Below are positions 34,578 through 44,523 of a DNA stretch of 54,998 bases, one piece after another. Each line of letters begins with the position of its first letter. The stretch's first letter is position 1. The position numbers and the translations under genes were made by a program. The notes under the pieces were generated by a model that saw nothing but the letters and a program-made list of their open reading frames with translations, had not been told where the DNA came from and searched no databases. Source of the stretch: Candidatus Aenigmatarchaeota archaeon (lineage in GTDB: Archaea > Aenigmatarchaeota > Aenigmatarchaeia > Aenigmatarchaeales > Aenigmatarchaeaceae); NCBI GenBank assembly GCA_017609445.1, contig JAFCDY010000002.1, positions 1 to 54,998 on the forward strand, written 5' to 3'.

Positions 34578-35760
34578 TTTTCTTCACCAACAAATTGAAA
34601 ATATCCTCAGAGTCGCCCTCTACTAATAGATCAAATATATCCTGGATGTTTATATCACAATTCAGTTGTTTCAAATTATCTTCAAGTATCCTGATTCCAT
34701 GTTCCTCTGGCGAGAGCTTCTGTTCTCTTATTAGCTTGACTAATTCGACCTGCTCTTTAAGACTTTCTGATTTTAGTTTTCTGTCGATCTTAATTATCGC
34801 TCTGTCAGAGTACTTCCTTTCTATTTCATTGAAATCAATAGGAGCAGAATCTTTTGGAAGCGTTCCTTTTATTTTTAGTACTGCTATTGGTTTGTTTTGC
34901 ATCTGGGGAATGCTGCCCAACATACTTTCTACATCGTTAGCAATGTTTGAAGTGTATTCAAACTCGTTCCAGAATATTTTTCTTTGCGACTCAAGAGGTA
35001 TTTTTTTTATCTCTCCATTGTATTGATAGACATACTTTGGTTGAAGTGATTCTGTTTTATGAAGAGAAGTATATGTAGTGCTGCCGGTTAAGAGAAACTT
35101 TCCACTGTTTAGATCTTTGATTTCGCTCCAGTGTATGTGACCTAAAATGTACAGATCAAAACCATTCGGAAGGTCCTGCAGTTTTATTGTGGGCGGCTCA
35201 AGAGGAGAATAGATATAGGGTTCGATGCTCTGGTGGAACATCAAAATGTTCAACGCGTCTGGAATTGGTTGTGGATTCCATTCTCTGAGAACAGAGCCAG
35301 CATACCTGTCTGGAACGCCGGACATTCCGTGTATGGCTACTTTTTTTCCATCAACTTCAAAGACAGCTGTTGAACAGTTCAGATGGATCAGCAGCCCTGC
35401 ATGTTCTAAAGCCTGTATTGGATTAACCAGATGCTTTGATCTTCTCTCATGCGTCCCGTGAATTGCTACTATTGGTATTCCTCTCAGAGCTAGAGGCGAT
35501 ATTTCATGTTTTTCCTTGTTTTTTATCTCTGAGAAGGATGTTCTGGATGGAACATGTTGGGCTTTTGACAATATTCTGGCTGCTCTTGAAAATACTTCAG
35601 GTCTTGGAACTCTTGTGTCGAATATGTCTCCTGCCATCAGGATTAGATCAGAGTCAAGTGATTTTTCTATTGCTTCCTCCAATCCTAGGAAAGAGTCTTC
35701 TCCTCTCTCTGATCCATATGCAAATCCACAGTGACAATCAGAAAATATAGAGATTTTCAT
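34570..35760 (-). CDS. mre11: DNA double-strand break repair nuclease Mre11
   Basis: Phosphoesterase motifs SDCHCG, AGDIFD, GTHE(RR), GHIH and HQ. Confidence 0.9.
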   Translation of the reverse strand: MKISIFSDCHCGFAYGSERGEDSFLGLEEAIEKSLDSDLILMAGDIFDTRVPRPEVFSRAARILSKAQHVPSRTSFSEIKNKEKHEISPLALRGIPIVAIHGTHERRSKHLVNPIQALEHAGLLIHLNCSTAVFEVDGKKVAIHGMSGVPDRYAGSVLREWNPQPIPDALNILMFHQSIEPYIYSPLEPPTIKLQDLPNGFDLYILGHIHWSEIKDLNSGKFLLTGSTTYTSLHKTESLQPKYVYQYNGEIKKIPLESQRKIFWNEFEYTSNIANDVESMLGSIPQMQNKPIAVLKIKGTLPKDSAPIDFNEIERKYSDRAIIKIDRKLKSESLKEQVELVKLIREQKLSPEEHGIRILEDNLKQLNCDINIQDIFDLLVEGDSEDIFNLLVKKNE

Positions 35761-35915
35761 GTTAATAATGTCACTAAGAAATATTTAAATCGTTTTACTG
35801 ATAATTATAGGCGGGTGTCTGGATGGGTGAACTAATTCCACTATACAGATGAATCATCTAGTTATTTCTACAAAGTTTTTAAACAAGCAATACGAATTTG
35901 TAAAGGAGGATTAAT

Positions 35916-37334
35916 ATGTCTGACAAACTCAAATTAAACAAGAAGAATTTTTCAGAGTGGTATGACAAAATACTGGCTTATGCTGATATAGTGGATGACA
36001 GATTCCCGTTAAAAGGAGCTTTTGTCTGGAAACCTTATGGATACAAAGCTCTCTCGCTAATGATGAAAAAAATGGAGAAGCTTCTAGAAAAAGACGGCCA
36101 CAAAAGATGCCAGTTCCCGATGATAGTTCCAATGTCATTATTCAAAAAAGAAAAAGATTTTTTAGAAGGCTTTACAGGGGAGACATTAAGAATAACAAAA
36201 ATCGGGAGAAGGGATCTAGATGAAGAACTAATAGTAAGACCAACATCTGAAACAATAATCTATCCAATGTTCTCTTTGTGGATAAGAAGCTACAGAGACC
36301 TCCCACTCAAGGTCTATCAGATAGTTCCTATCTTCAGATGGGAAACAAAGATGACCAAGCCAATGCTAAGAGTAAGGGAGTTGGCAGCCTTCAAGGAAGC
36401 CCATGCTGTCCACGCAACATTAGAAGATGCAGAGAAGAATTTCAAAAATATGGTCAAATTGTATGAGGAATTCCACTCTTTCCTAAAAATACCCTTCATC
36501 TCCCTAAAGACTCCTGAGTGGGACACGTTTGCCGGTGCACTATATAATTATGATCTATTTACCATCCTGCCTGACGGAAAGGCGGTTGAACTTGGGTCTG
36601 TAATAAATCTTGGTCAAAAGTTTTCTAAAGCCTATGACATAAAATATATGGACGAAGACGAGAAAGAAAAGTACTGTTACCAGACAACTTATGGGATATC
36701 TGAAAGAAGTTTTGGCTCTGCTCTAGCTATTCATGGTGATGACAAGGGATTGGTGTTCTCTTCAGAAATAGCCCCCATACAAGTTGTTATAGTCCCTGTA
36801 AGCAATGATAAGATAGTCTTGGATAGAACCAAAGTGATTAGAGAGTTATTAGAAAAAGAATTCAGAGTTGAAATTGATTCTTCAGACAAAACTCCTGGAG
36901 AGAAGTTTTATCACTGGGAAGCCAAAGGCGTTCCTATTAGAATTGAGGTAGGGAATAAAGAAGTTGAAGGTAACTTTTTCACAATAAGTAGGAGAGACGA
37001 CTCAAGCAGGCACAAGATATATGAAAAAGAAATTGTAAAAGAGATTCATTCCACCCTGAAAGATATTGACATGAAACTATACGAGAAAGCTGAGAAGTTC
37101 TTCTTATCAATGATAACGAATGTTGACACGTCTGGGGAAGCAGAGAAGGTCCTCAAGGAGAAAGGCGGGATTATCAGGATACCTTGGTGTGGAGACAATT
37201 CATGCGGGAAGAAAATGAGCGAAGACATCGTCGGCCAGGCTCTAGGTATTGATGAAAAAGAGAAGACAGATAAAAAATGTGCTGGCTGCGGTAAATCTGG
37301 GAAGTATATGTTACACATCGGAAGAACCTGTTGA
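35916..37334 (+). CDS. proS: Prolyl-tRNA synthetase (archaeal/eukaryotic type)
   Basis: FSEWYDKIL..., class II motifs (RPTSET, FRWE, GRTC end) and a C-terminal zinc-binding Cys cluster. SD AAAGGAGG lies upstream. Confidence 0.95.
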   Translation: MSDKLKLNKKNFSEWYDKILAYADIVDDRFPLKGAFVWKPYGYKALSLMMKKMEKLLEKDGHKRCQFPMIVPMSLFKKEKDFLEGFTGETLRITKIGRRDLDEELIVRPTSETIIYPMFSLWIRSYRDLPLKVYQIVPIFRWETKMTKPMLRVRELAAFKEAHAVHATLEDAEKNFKNMVKLYEEFHSFLKIPFISLKTPEWDTFAGALYNYDLFTILPDGKAVELGSVINLGQKFSKAYDIKYMDEDEKEKYCYQTTYGISERSFGSALAIHGDDKGLVFSSEIAPIQVVIVPVSNDKIVLDRTKVIRELLEKEFRVEIDSSDKTPGEKFYHWEAKGVPIRIEVGNKEVEGNFFTISRRDDSSRHKIYEKEIVKEIHSTLKDIDMKLYEKAEKFFLSMITNVDTSGEAEKVLKEKGGIIRIPWCGDNSCGKKMSEDIVGQALGIDEKEKTDKKCAGCGKSGKYMLHIGRTC

Positions 37335-37436
37335 TTTCACTCATGGTTGGAAATAAAGATTATTTGAAGTTCTAACTGTTTTAAACCCAAAAAAGTTTGA
37401 AAGCTTTTATTAACCTTTAGTTAACAATAACCAAAT

Positions 37437-38177
37437 ATGTTGAATGCCTCGCTCATCGATAACCTGAAAAGGTTGGGATTAAACGAGTACGAGGCAAAAA
37501 CTTACCTGACTCTTGCCATACACGGACCACTGAGTGCTTCCTCTATAAGCGAAAAGGGGAGAATTCCACAATCTAAAGTCTATGAGATACTGAGATCGCT
37601 AAAAGTCAAGGCCCTGGCACAAATATGGCCGTCAAAGCCTTACAGGTACAAGGCAGTGGATCCTTCTGTTGCTTTAAAGAACATTGTGATTGAAAAAAAG
37701 ACTAATTTGAATAAATTAGAAAATAACATAAACGACTTAATCAGTAAGATTAGACCAAAAAACACTGAAGATGATAATGAGTTCTGGATATTGAAGGGGA
37801 GGAAAGCATTTTTGGAAAGTCTCGCATCGTCCATCTCTAAGTGTGAAAAACTGGTATATCTAACAACAGAAGACTTTCCGAGAAAAGAATTTCTGGATGA
37901 TGCTTTCCTCAGTATAATTAGAAAAGGCGCTAAGGTGAAATTACTCGGTACGAATCTTACTGAACACTCAAAGGTTAGGAGTAAATGGTACAAAAACGTC
38001 GGAGCTGATATCTCATTATTGGAAAATAACAAGATCAACATAGGTGTGTTTGACGGTAGGGAGGGGTTTATCAAGGTTGGTGACAATGAATTTGTCTGGG
38101 TTAAGAATAACTCTTTGGTCAATATTCTGAAATATTATTTTGAGATGATGTGGAGTTCATCTAAGAACTTTCGATAG
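37437..38177 (+). CDS. TrmB-family transcriptional regulator
   Basis: LGLNEYEAKTYLTLAIHGPLSASSISEKGRIPQSKVYEILRSL is the TrmB winged-helix signature. Confidence 0.8.
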   Translation: MLNASLIDNLKRLGLNEYEAKTYLTLAIHGPLSASSISEKGRIPQSKVYEILRSLKVKALAQIWPSKPYRYKAVDPSVALKNIVIEKKTNLNKLENNINDLISKIRPKNTEDDNEFWILKGRKAFLESLASSISKCEKLVYLTTEDFPRKEFLDDAFLSIIRKGAKVKLLGTNLTEHSKVRSKWYKNVGADISLLENNKINIGVFDGREGFIKVGDNEFVWVKNNSLVNILKYYFEMMWSSSKNFR

Positions 38178-38544
38178 TTACTTCATCGTCATTTATTGAA
38201 ACAACAGAACCATCCTTAATCTCTTCAATATCAATCTTATCGACACATGGTATTTCGCTTATTATCACACCCACAGCAACAATAGTCTCGCATTCTTTGT
38301 TTATCATAGCCAACGGCGCGACATTGTTTTTCTTCAGTCTGTATAACGCGTAGCTGCCGACAGTGCTCCCCTTTCCTCTCGGGAAGACAAGAATCTTTCC
38401 TGCTATTGATTTCCCTTCTAAAGGATGGCCTTTCTCGGTTACTTTTCCTGTGTCAGGGTCAACTCCACCGAAAAATGATATGGCCTTATCTGTAACGATC
38501 GCTTCTCCTTTCACCTTACCTGAAAAGATGACTCTTCCTTTCAC
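38161..38544 (-). CDS. Aconitase X swivel-domain subunit (DUF126), putative phosphomevalonate dehydratase small subunit
   Basis: GEAIVTDKAISFFGGVDPDTG...GKILVFPRGKGSTVGSY matches the DUF126 pattern. It overlaps the DUF521 gene by 4 nt. Confidence 0.8.
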   Translation of the reverse strand: MKGRVIFSGKVKGEAIVTDKAISFFGGVDPDTGKVTEKGHPLEGKSIAGKILVFPRGKGSTVGSYALYRLKKNNVAPLAMINKECETIVAVGVIISEIPCVDKIDIEEIKDGSVVSINDDEVTIESS

Positions 38545-39713
38545 CTAACCATCTCCTCCAGACACTTCTCAAAAGACATTATTTTAACCTTGAAATTATT
38601 TTTTCCCACTCCGTAAAAACATCCTTTGGCTGAATCAGTTGCCAAGCACTTAAATCTTCCTTTGATCGGCGCGACAACACAACAAGTATCGCAAGCGATC
38701 TTCGCTCCAGAGTCCTCTATTGCTTTTATGTAACCCAAGTCTTCGGCTCTCTTCTTGATAGGTCTCGCCACTGTTATCCAAGCCTCTTTTGTGACTTTCT
38801 TTCCTCTCAAGAAATTTGATATCTTCATTATCTCTTCTAACGTACAGTGAGGACAACCGATGCTCACAAAATCAACTTCACACTGATCATTCAACTCTAC
38901 TTCAGCTTTCAAAATATGATCTTCCTTAACTGTGATCTGCTCTATGGGAATAGAGGTTTGGTTTGGCGTTATTCCTTCTATGTGAAACATCGCAGTTCCA
39001 CCGTATGTTGCGATTGAAGCACAGAGAGATTTTAATTCTTCGGTTGAGGCTGTCTTAATTCCAACAAAATATGGTATTTTGTTTCCTATTTTTTCTCCGA
39101 CTATTTTTCCTAAGAGACCAAATCTCTCAGTTCCTTTCATCTCAGCTTCCACTTTAACTCTGACCTGAGCCTGTCTGTTTTTTTCAAGATGCATACCATA
39201 TTCAGGAGTTTTTCCGGTTAATGCTGCTGCTATTGCTGAAGGCCCGCCTTCCCTGTTTGTCCTTGCTCCTAGAACTGAGTTTGCATAACATACTGCAGAA
39301 CTCTCTGACCAAGCAATGTGGTCTCCTTTTTTTGGTTTGTTACCTATAAGATAAGGAGTGCATGTGCAAGTTACATCCACGCCCATTTTTTTGAAAGCGT
39401 CGATAACTTTTCTTTGTTTATCTGCGAAATCTTCAGAGATCCCTAAAGATTTATAATTTTCCAGATCCATGCCTGCAGGATTAAGGGTTGTCAATACTTT
39501 AACCCTTCCGTCCTCTCCAATTTTTTCTAAAAACTCTAAACCAGCTTCGCCTAAATTAGAATAACTCACACCGGCAATTTGTACGCTGGTAACACTGATC
39601 ATCTTCTCTGCTCCATATATTTTTCCAAGAACAACTAGAATCTGCATTGCTTTTTGTTCTGATTTGGAACATTCTCCGTTAAACATTTGTTGTTCTTCTT
39701 GAGTAAGTTTCAT
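38541..39713 (-). CDS. Aconitase X catalytic subunit (DUF521), putative phosphomevalonate dehydratase large subunit
   Basis: 390 aa with the MKLTQEEQQMFNGE... N-terminus and conserved Cys residues (CTCTPY, IGCPHC) typical of AcnX. Confidence 0.8.
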   Translation of the reverse strand: MKLTQEEQQMFNGECSKSEQKAMQILVVLGKIYGAEKMISVTSVQIAGVSYSNLGEAGLEFLEKIGEDGRVKVLTTLNPAGMDLENYKSLGISEDFADKQRKVIDAFKKMGVDVTCTCTPYLIGNKPKKGDHIAWSESSAVCYANSVLGARTNREGGPSAIAAALTGKTPEYGMHLEKNRQAQVRVKVEAEMKGTERFGLLGKIVGEKIGNKIPYFVGIKTASTEELKSLCASIATYGGTAMFHIEGITPNQTSIPIEQITVKEDHILKAEVELNDQCEVDFVSIGCPHCTLEEIMKISNFLRGKKVTKEAWITVARPIKKRAEDLGYIKAIEDSGAKIACDTCCVVAPIKGRFKCLATDSAKGCFYGVGKNNFKVKIMSFEKCLEEMVR

Positions 39714-39717
39714 TTTT

Positions 39718-40368
39718 TCACTTCCTTTTCATATAAACAGAATATGACACAACTGGTTTCATTGTTTCTATTATTTTTAATATTTTAAAGTGCTTTTGAA
39801 AAATATTCTTTAATTCTTTTTTTGTGAAGCCTCTACTATATTTCCCTGATTCTATCTTCCAATTCCTATTTTTTGGGAATCTTTTATCTTTATAACTAAA
39901 GACTATCAAAAAATAATAACCTTCTGGGTTTAGTGAATATAATAGGTTTTTGATATATTTTTTATACATGCTCCTTGGTATGTGATGAAAACAACCCGCA
40001 TCTAAGCAAATATCAAACTTTTGTTTTAAAGGTTTGGAGAGAAAATTATATTTTTTGAATCTTGCTTTTGATCTTTTTATTTTGTTTAGTTTCTTACAAA
40101 GTTTCAATGCCTCTGGAGATATCTCTATTCCTAGCGCATCGAAACCATATTCGGAGGCAAGAATCGTATTTTTACCAACACCACATCCAATGTCTAATAA
40201 TTTTCCTTTAATTTTGTTTTTTCTTATATATTTGAAAATTTTTGTAACTCTTGAACTCACTCTCGCTGAACTTGGTCTGCCAATTTTGTCTACTAGAAAG
40301 GTTTTTCTAGCTTTGTTGTATTTGATATCATATTGTTTCCGTGTCGTTCTCATTGTTACTTTTTTCAT
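39718..40368 (-). CDS. Class I SAM-dependent methyltransferase
   Basis: Motif [13 protein letters not shown], acidic post-I GIEIS, and motif [17 protein letters not shown]. Confidence 0.8.
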   Translation of the reverse strand: MKKVTMRTTRKQYDIKYNKARKTFLVDKIGRPSSARVSSRVTKIFKYIRKNKIKGKLLDIGCGVGKNTILASEYGFDALGIEISPEALKLCKKLNKIKRSKARFKKYNFLSKPLKQKFDICLDAGCFHHIPRSMYKKYIKNLLYSLNPEGYYFLIVFSYKDKRFPKNRNWKIESGKYSRGFTKKELKNIFQKHFKILKIIETMKPVVSYSVYMKRK

Positions 40369-41645
40369 TTAAAATCATCTAATTTAAGTTTGTGGTATTT
40401 TACTTTTTTCATTTTATCTACTCTGTCCAACGGCATCGTGAAATCAAAACCTACTTTAGTTGTTTTTCTGGTTTCTAAGTCTGATGAAGGGTCTAGAGAA
40501 GATCCCCTCTCCCCCTCCTTGACTACCATGTCTCTATTGGCCTGAAAACGAGTAGCCATTGCCCACTCGACCTCATTAGGATTGTAAATATCGATGTCTT
40601 TATCAACGACAAACACGTGCTTGCAAGAACTATGTCCCTTGAAGGCAGCTTCTATAGCTTTCCTTCCGTCGTCTTCGTTTTTTTTATCTATCTTAACAAT
40701 AGCATGTAACCAAGAGCATCCACCAGGATTTATATTAACGTCCAGACACTTCACAACCCTGTTGACCTCTCTAAATATTGTTGGTTCTCTGGGCATGCCC
40801 ATCAATACCTTATGCTCATAACCCCCTGGGTTCAGACCGTGCCAGATTGCGTCCTTTCTGTGGTAAATCTTCTTGACGGTAAAGACAGGTTCTCTTCTGA
40901 TGATATCTTTAGTCTCTGTTAAATCCAAGAAGGGCCCTTCTTCGTGCCTCTCGTTTAGTGAGAGTGTGCCTTCGATAACAAACTCAGAATCAGCTGGTAT
41001 CATGACATCACAGGTCTTTGCCTTGACAACTCTTATTGGCTTCAGCGTGTTTGCGATCTCCAACTCGTTCACGACTGTTGGTGTCGAGATTGCAGCTGAG
41101 AGTAAGACTTCAGCTCCGCAGCCAATACAATAAACAGCTGGAAGCTCGCCGTTGTTTTTTTCCAATAATTTCATTGTGTGCCTCTGCAAAATTCTCACAG
41201 CTAACTTATCCTTTTGAAACGGCATCCCTCTATGGAATGCAACATTTTGTCCAAGCTCTTTGTCCTTAACAATAACAACTCCTGAAGTTATGTAATTTCC
41301 TCCGTCGATTTCTGTGTGAAATAGAATTGGTAATTTCTCCAGATCATTTTCTTCGATCTCAAAGCAGGGAGCATCGCTTACTTCTTCTGGTTTGGAAGGA
41401 TTTTCTATAGCGTTAATAATTTTTGGTATAAGCTCTTCTGTTTTGCACCCAAGATATTTTCCTGCTCTTTCTTTGGAAGCAAAAACATTTCCGGCAACCC
41501 TGAACTCTGACTCTTTTACTTTACTTAACAAGACTGATTTTTCCCCTGCTTCATGAATTATGCCAGAAATTGTTAGTTTTTTCGAGACCGGCTTATCTAT
41601 TTTGATCATGTCTTCATCATTTTCAACGAATTCTCTAAAACTCAT
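40365..41645 (-). CDS. UbiD-family decarboxylase, candidate trans-anhydromevalonate-5-phosphate decarboxylase
   Basis: 426-aa UbiD-like protein, co-operonic and overlapping with ubiX, mvk and AcnX. Confidence 0.8.
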   Translation of the reverse strand: MSFREFVENDEDMIKIDKPVSKKLTISGIIHEAGEKSVLLSKVKESEFRVAGNVFASKERAGKYLGCKTEELIPKIINAIENPSKPEEVSDAPCFEIEENDLEKLPILFHTEIDGGNYITSGVVIVKDKELGQNVAFHRGMPFQKDKLAVRILQRHTMKLLEKNNGELPAVYCIGCGAEVLLSAAISTPTVVNELEIANTLKPIRVVKAKTCDVMIPADSEFVIEGTLSLNERHEEGPFLDLTETKDIIRREPVFTVKKIYHRKDAIWHGLNPGGYEHKVLMGMPREPTIFREVNRVVKCLDVNINPGGCSWLHAIVKIDKKNEDDGRKAIEAAFKGHSSCKHVFVVDKDIDIYNPNEVEWAMATRFQANRDMVVKEGERGSSLDPSSDLETRKTTKVGFDFTMPLDRVDKMKKVKYHKLKLDDFK

Positions 41646-42195
41646 CTTTCCACCTCTTTATCTTATTGTTCTCTATTTCTAATAAATCTAAGATTTTTCC
41701 TGTTATAAAACCCTCTAGGTCAGAAATTGTCTTTGGTCTATGGTAGAACCCTGGAGACAATGGTAAAACAATTGAACCATACATTGAAAGGTTCCTCAGC
41801 ATGTCAAGAGCTGGCGTGCTTAGAGGTGTTTCCCTAAGACAGACGATCAATTTCTTTTTTGTTTTCAACATATTATCAGCACACCTAATAATGAGAGTTG
41901 AGGTGTGGGCTGTCGATATCTCTGAACAGGTCTTGATAGAAGCTGGAATTATTATCATCCCGTCCACTAGAAATGAACTAGAAGATATGGAGGCTGCCAT
42001 ATCATTGTTTTCATAGACTTTGGTTGAGAGGTCTTTTATCTCGTCCATTGTATTCTGAGTTTCTTCCTTCAGAACATATTTTCCCCAGTCAGAAACTATA
42101 ATATGTGTCTCTATGTTTCTCTCTTTTAACTCTTTCAGTAATGAAATTGCATAATTTGAACCAGATGCACCTGAGATTCCTATGATTAGTTTCAT
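41635..42195 (-). CDS. ubiX: UbiX flavin prenyltransferase
   Basis: MKLIIGISGASGSNYAISLLKEL with the flavoprotein fold, 186 aa. Confidence 0.9.
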   Translation of the reverse strand: MKLIIGISGASGSNYAISLLKELKERNIETHIIVSDWGKYVLKEETQNTMDEIKDLSTKVYENNDMAASISSSSFLVDGMIIIPASIKTCSEISTAHTSTLIIRCADNMLKTKKKLIVCLRETPLSTPALDMLRNLSMYGSIVLPLSPGFYHRPKTISDLEGFITGKILDLLEIENNKIKRWKDEF

Positions 42196-43125
42196 TTATT
42201 CACCTATTTTAATTTTAATCGAATCAAACCCATTTTCCTTAAAGACCTGAGAGATCTTTGTTTGCATTTCTTCATTTTCAACTAGAGATATCATCATTCC
42301 ACCACCACCAGCTCCGGTCAATTTTGCACCCAGTGCTCCGTTTTCTAGGGCTAGTTTGCAAAGCTTATCCAGTTCAGGGATGCTAACCCCTATCTTAACA
42401 AGTAACTCTTGATTCCTGTTCATCAGTTCGCCTACTTTTTTCTCGTCGCCACCGAGGAGAGCGTCTTCAGCCTCAGAAACAAGTTTTTTGTACTCTTCAA
42501 ATACCTTATCATATTCCTCTGGATTCTCTTCTTTCCTTTTCCTAACACCAGCGACTAACTCTTTAGTGCTTCCCTTTTTTCCTGAATCGCCGAAAACAAG
42601 ATAAAATGGCTTTGAGAGTTTTAAGATTTCTATTTTGTTTTTTTCTCCATGCATATTTTTCTCAAAATGCAACAATGAACCGTAGGTGGCACAGGTGTTG
42701 TCGATTCCAGAAGGTGTGCCGTGCGAGACTGTTTCGCATTTGTAGGCTAATTCGTTGACTTGCTCGTCGGTTAGACCTAGATTGAATTCATTATTTAACG
42801 CTCTTATGACAGAAACTGATAGCGCTGCACTGTAACCCATCCCATGTTCAGGGACTATTGAAGAATTAAGAGTTATCTCGATGTTGTCTATATTCAATTC
42901 GTCTAAAACTGGTTTCAAAACTCTAGCGTTTATGAAATTTTCATCTTCCTTCAGGTTATCGACCCTATTATAGATATTGTCTATGAGCATTATTCCTGAA
43001 TCTACTTTTTTGGTTGTAGCTTCTGTAAATAAATTCTTTATGCCAGAAGCTAGACCAGAAAGACCATATACTACAAAGTGCTCACCAAAAAGTATTACCT
43101 TTGCAAACCCTTTACCAGACGCCAT
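42196..43125 (-). CDS. mvk: Mevalonate kinase (GHMP kinase)
   Basis: KVILFGEHFVVYG, GHMP motif GMGYSAALSV and C-terminal KLTGAGGGG. Confidence 0.9.
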   Translation of the reverse strand: MASGKGFAKVILFGEHFVVYGLSGLASGIKNLFTEATTKKVDSGIMLIDNIYNRVDNLKEDENFINARVLKPVLDELNIDNIEITLNSSIVPEHGMGYSAALSVSVIRALNNEFNLGLTDEQVNELAYKCETVSHGTPSGIDNTCATYGSLLHFEKNMHGEKNKIEILKLSKPFYLVFGDSGKKGSTKELVAGVRKRKEENPEEYDKVFEEYKKLVSEAEDALLGGDEKKVGELMNRNQELLVKIGVSIPELDKLCKLALENGALGAKLTGAGGGGMMISLVENEEMQTKISQVFKENGFDSIKIKIGE

Positions 43126-43396
43126 ATAAACACCATGCTAATTATACGTCTAGAATAGCATTTATTAGTTTACTGTTCGTTGTAATTGAAAAATGCTAAA
43201 ACTAATAAATTGTCTGTGAAGCATTGTCTTGTTCAGGAGATTTTATTGATATCTCATATTTTTTGGTGGTTGGCCATATTTTTCTACCACATCGACGAGT
43301 CCTGTTGGTTCTCCTTCTGGAACAAAGAAATCTATTCCGTCAATCCCCGGTACCATTGTTATCATAGAATAGCATTTTACGGAAAGGTATTTAAAC

Positions 43397-44434
43397 CTAT
43401 CTCCTGAGAACCCTTAAAAGTCCGTTTTCTTCGACATTTGTCTTAATTCCTGTGCTGCAGAAGTGAGTTCTGCTTGCCTTAAACCCTTTTTTCTTCAGTT
43501 TTTGAATGACTCCATCAATCTTCCTTAATTCTATCTTATGCTTCTTAGCTATCTTATGTAGATCAAAATAGAAGGGGGTGTCTACTTCATCAATAATTGT
43601 TTCTAATAATTTAATCTCGCTCTTATCAAATTTCCGTTTCTTTACTTCTCTCAAGACTTCCTTACAAAATTTTTTGTCTTGTATCTTTCCAAGATAGAGC
43701 AAACCAACGTCTTCCACATATTTGAACTCTTTCAAAAGGCTTTTTATATTTCCAGAATGTTCGATCTTACCAAAAACTCTAAAATAATGTTTAGATGAAA
43801 ACGACAAAACAGGAATGAACGCCCTCTCATAAATTGCCATTGTTCTTATGATAGCTGAAATAAGGATCCTCATGCCCAATTCATCATAATAATCAGTTTT
43901 TTTAGATCTCAGCCCATACTTTCTAAAACAAGCATCAGGAAATGCTCCGCAGAGAGCAGTTAAGTCAGTAGCAGTAACAGCCAAGAAGCCTTTATGATAT
44001 ACTGATCTTGCGGCTGAATCTAAAAATTGAACAGGTGGGCCGAACGGATCCAAATCAATAAAACCAAAAACATTCTCTCTCATCAATAGGTTGGCGTCTT
44101 TTTTTGTTGCTAGGCACTTTTTAGGTTTATTCAACTTGATATTCTTCCTGATGAGATTGAATGCTAAAGGGTTTTTGTCATTCAAAGTAATATTTCCCAA
44201 GTTTTTTACTTCCTTGGCATACCTCAGTCCTCTAACACCAGTGGCAGACAATGCATCCAAAACACTTAACTTGTCTTTAAACTGTTTTTGAAATACCTGC
44301 AGGGCAGCAACTGATATGTCTCTGGTCAATCTTGCTTCAGGATTGTAAAAAACTGCGGCCTGATATGTTTTTTCCACAGGGACCCTCAGCTCAACCTTTC
44401 CTTCTTTTGTTTTTTGCGTTTTCATAGAAACCAC
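43397..44434 (-). CDS. trm1: tRNA (guanine26-N2)-dimethyltransferase Trm1
   Basis: FYNPEARLTRDISV, LDALSATGVRGLRYAKE and DLDPFGPP. The start may be the ATG at 44425. Confidence 0.9.
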   Translation of the reverse strand: MVSMKTQKTKEGKVELRVPVEKTYQAAVFYNPEARLTRDISVAALQVFQKQFKDKLSVLDALSATGVRGLRYAKEVKNLGNITLNDKNPLAFNLIRKNIKLNKPKKCLATKKDANLLMRENVFGFIDLDPFGPPVQFLDSAARSVYHKGFLAVTATDLTALCGAFPDACFRKYGLRSKKTDYYDELGMRILISAIIRTMAIYERAFIPVLSFSSKHYFRVFGKIEHSGNIKSLLKEFKYVEDVGLLYLGKIQDKKFCKEVLREVKKRKFDKSEIKLLETIIDEVDTPFYFDLHKIAKKHKIELRKIDGVIQKLKKKGFKASRTHFCSTGIKTNVEENGLLRVLRR

Positions 44435-44523
44435 TACCAGTTAATTTTTAATATCTTATTGTCGTAGTTATATTTATAAAGTAACGAATTTTATTTAATG
44501 GTTGTACATCTGAAGTGATAACA

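Noticed and set aside
35761-35915. 155-bp mre11/proS divergent intergenic region, as a possible ncRNA
   Set aside because: It contains plausible TATA boxes for both flanking genes and a strong SD (AAAGGAGG) for proS, but no convincing stem-loops or box motifs.
43186-43407. 73-aa plus-strand ORF in the trm1-mvk spacer
   Set aside because: It is Trp/Phe/His-rich and low-complexity, starts at TTG, overlaps the trm1 3' end, and has no promoter geometry.
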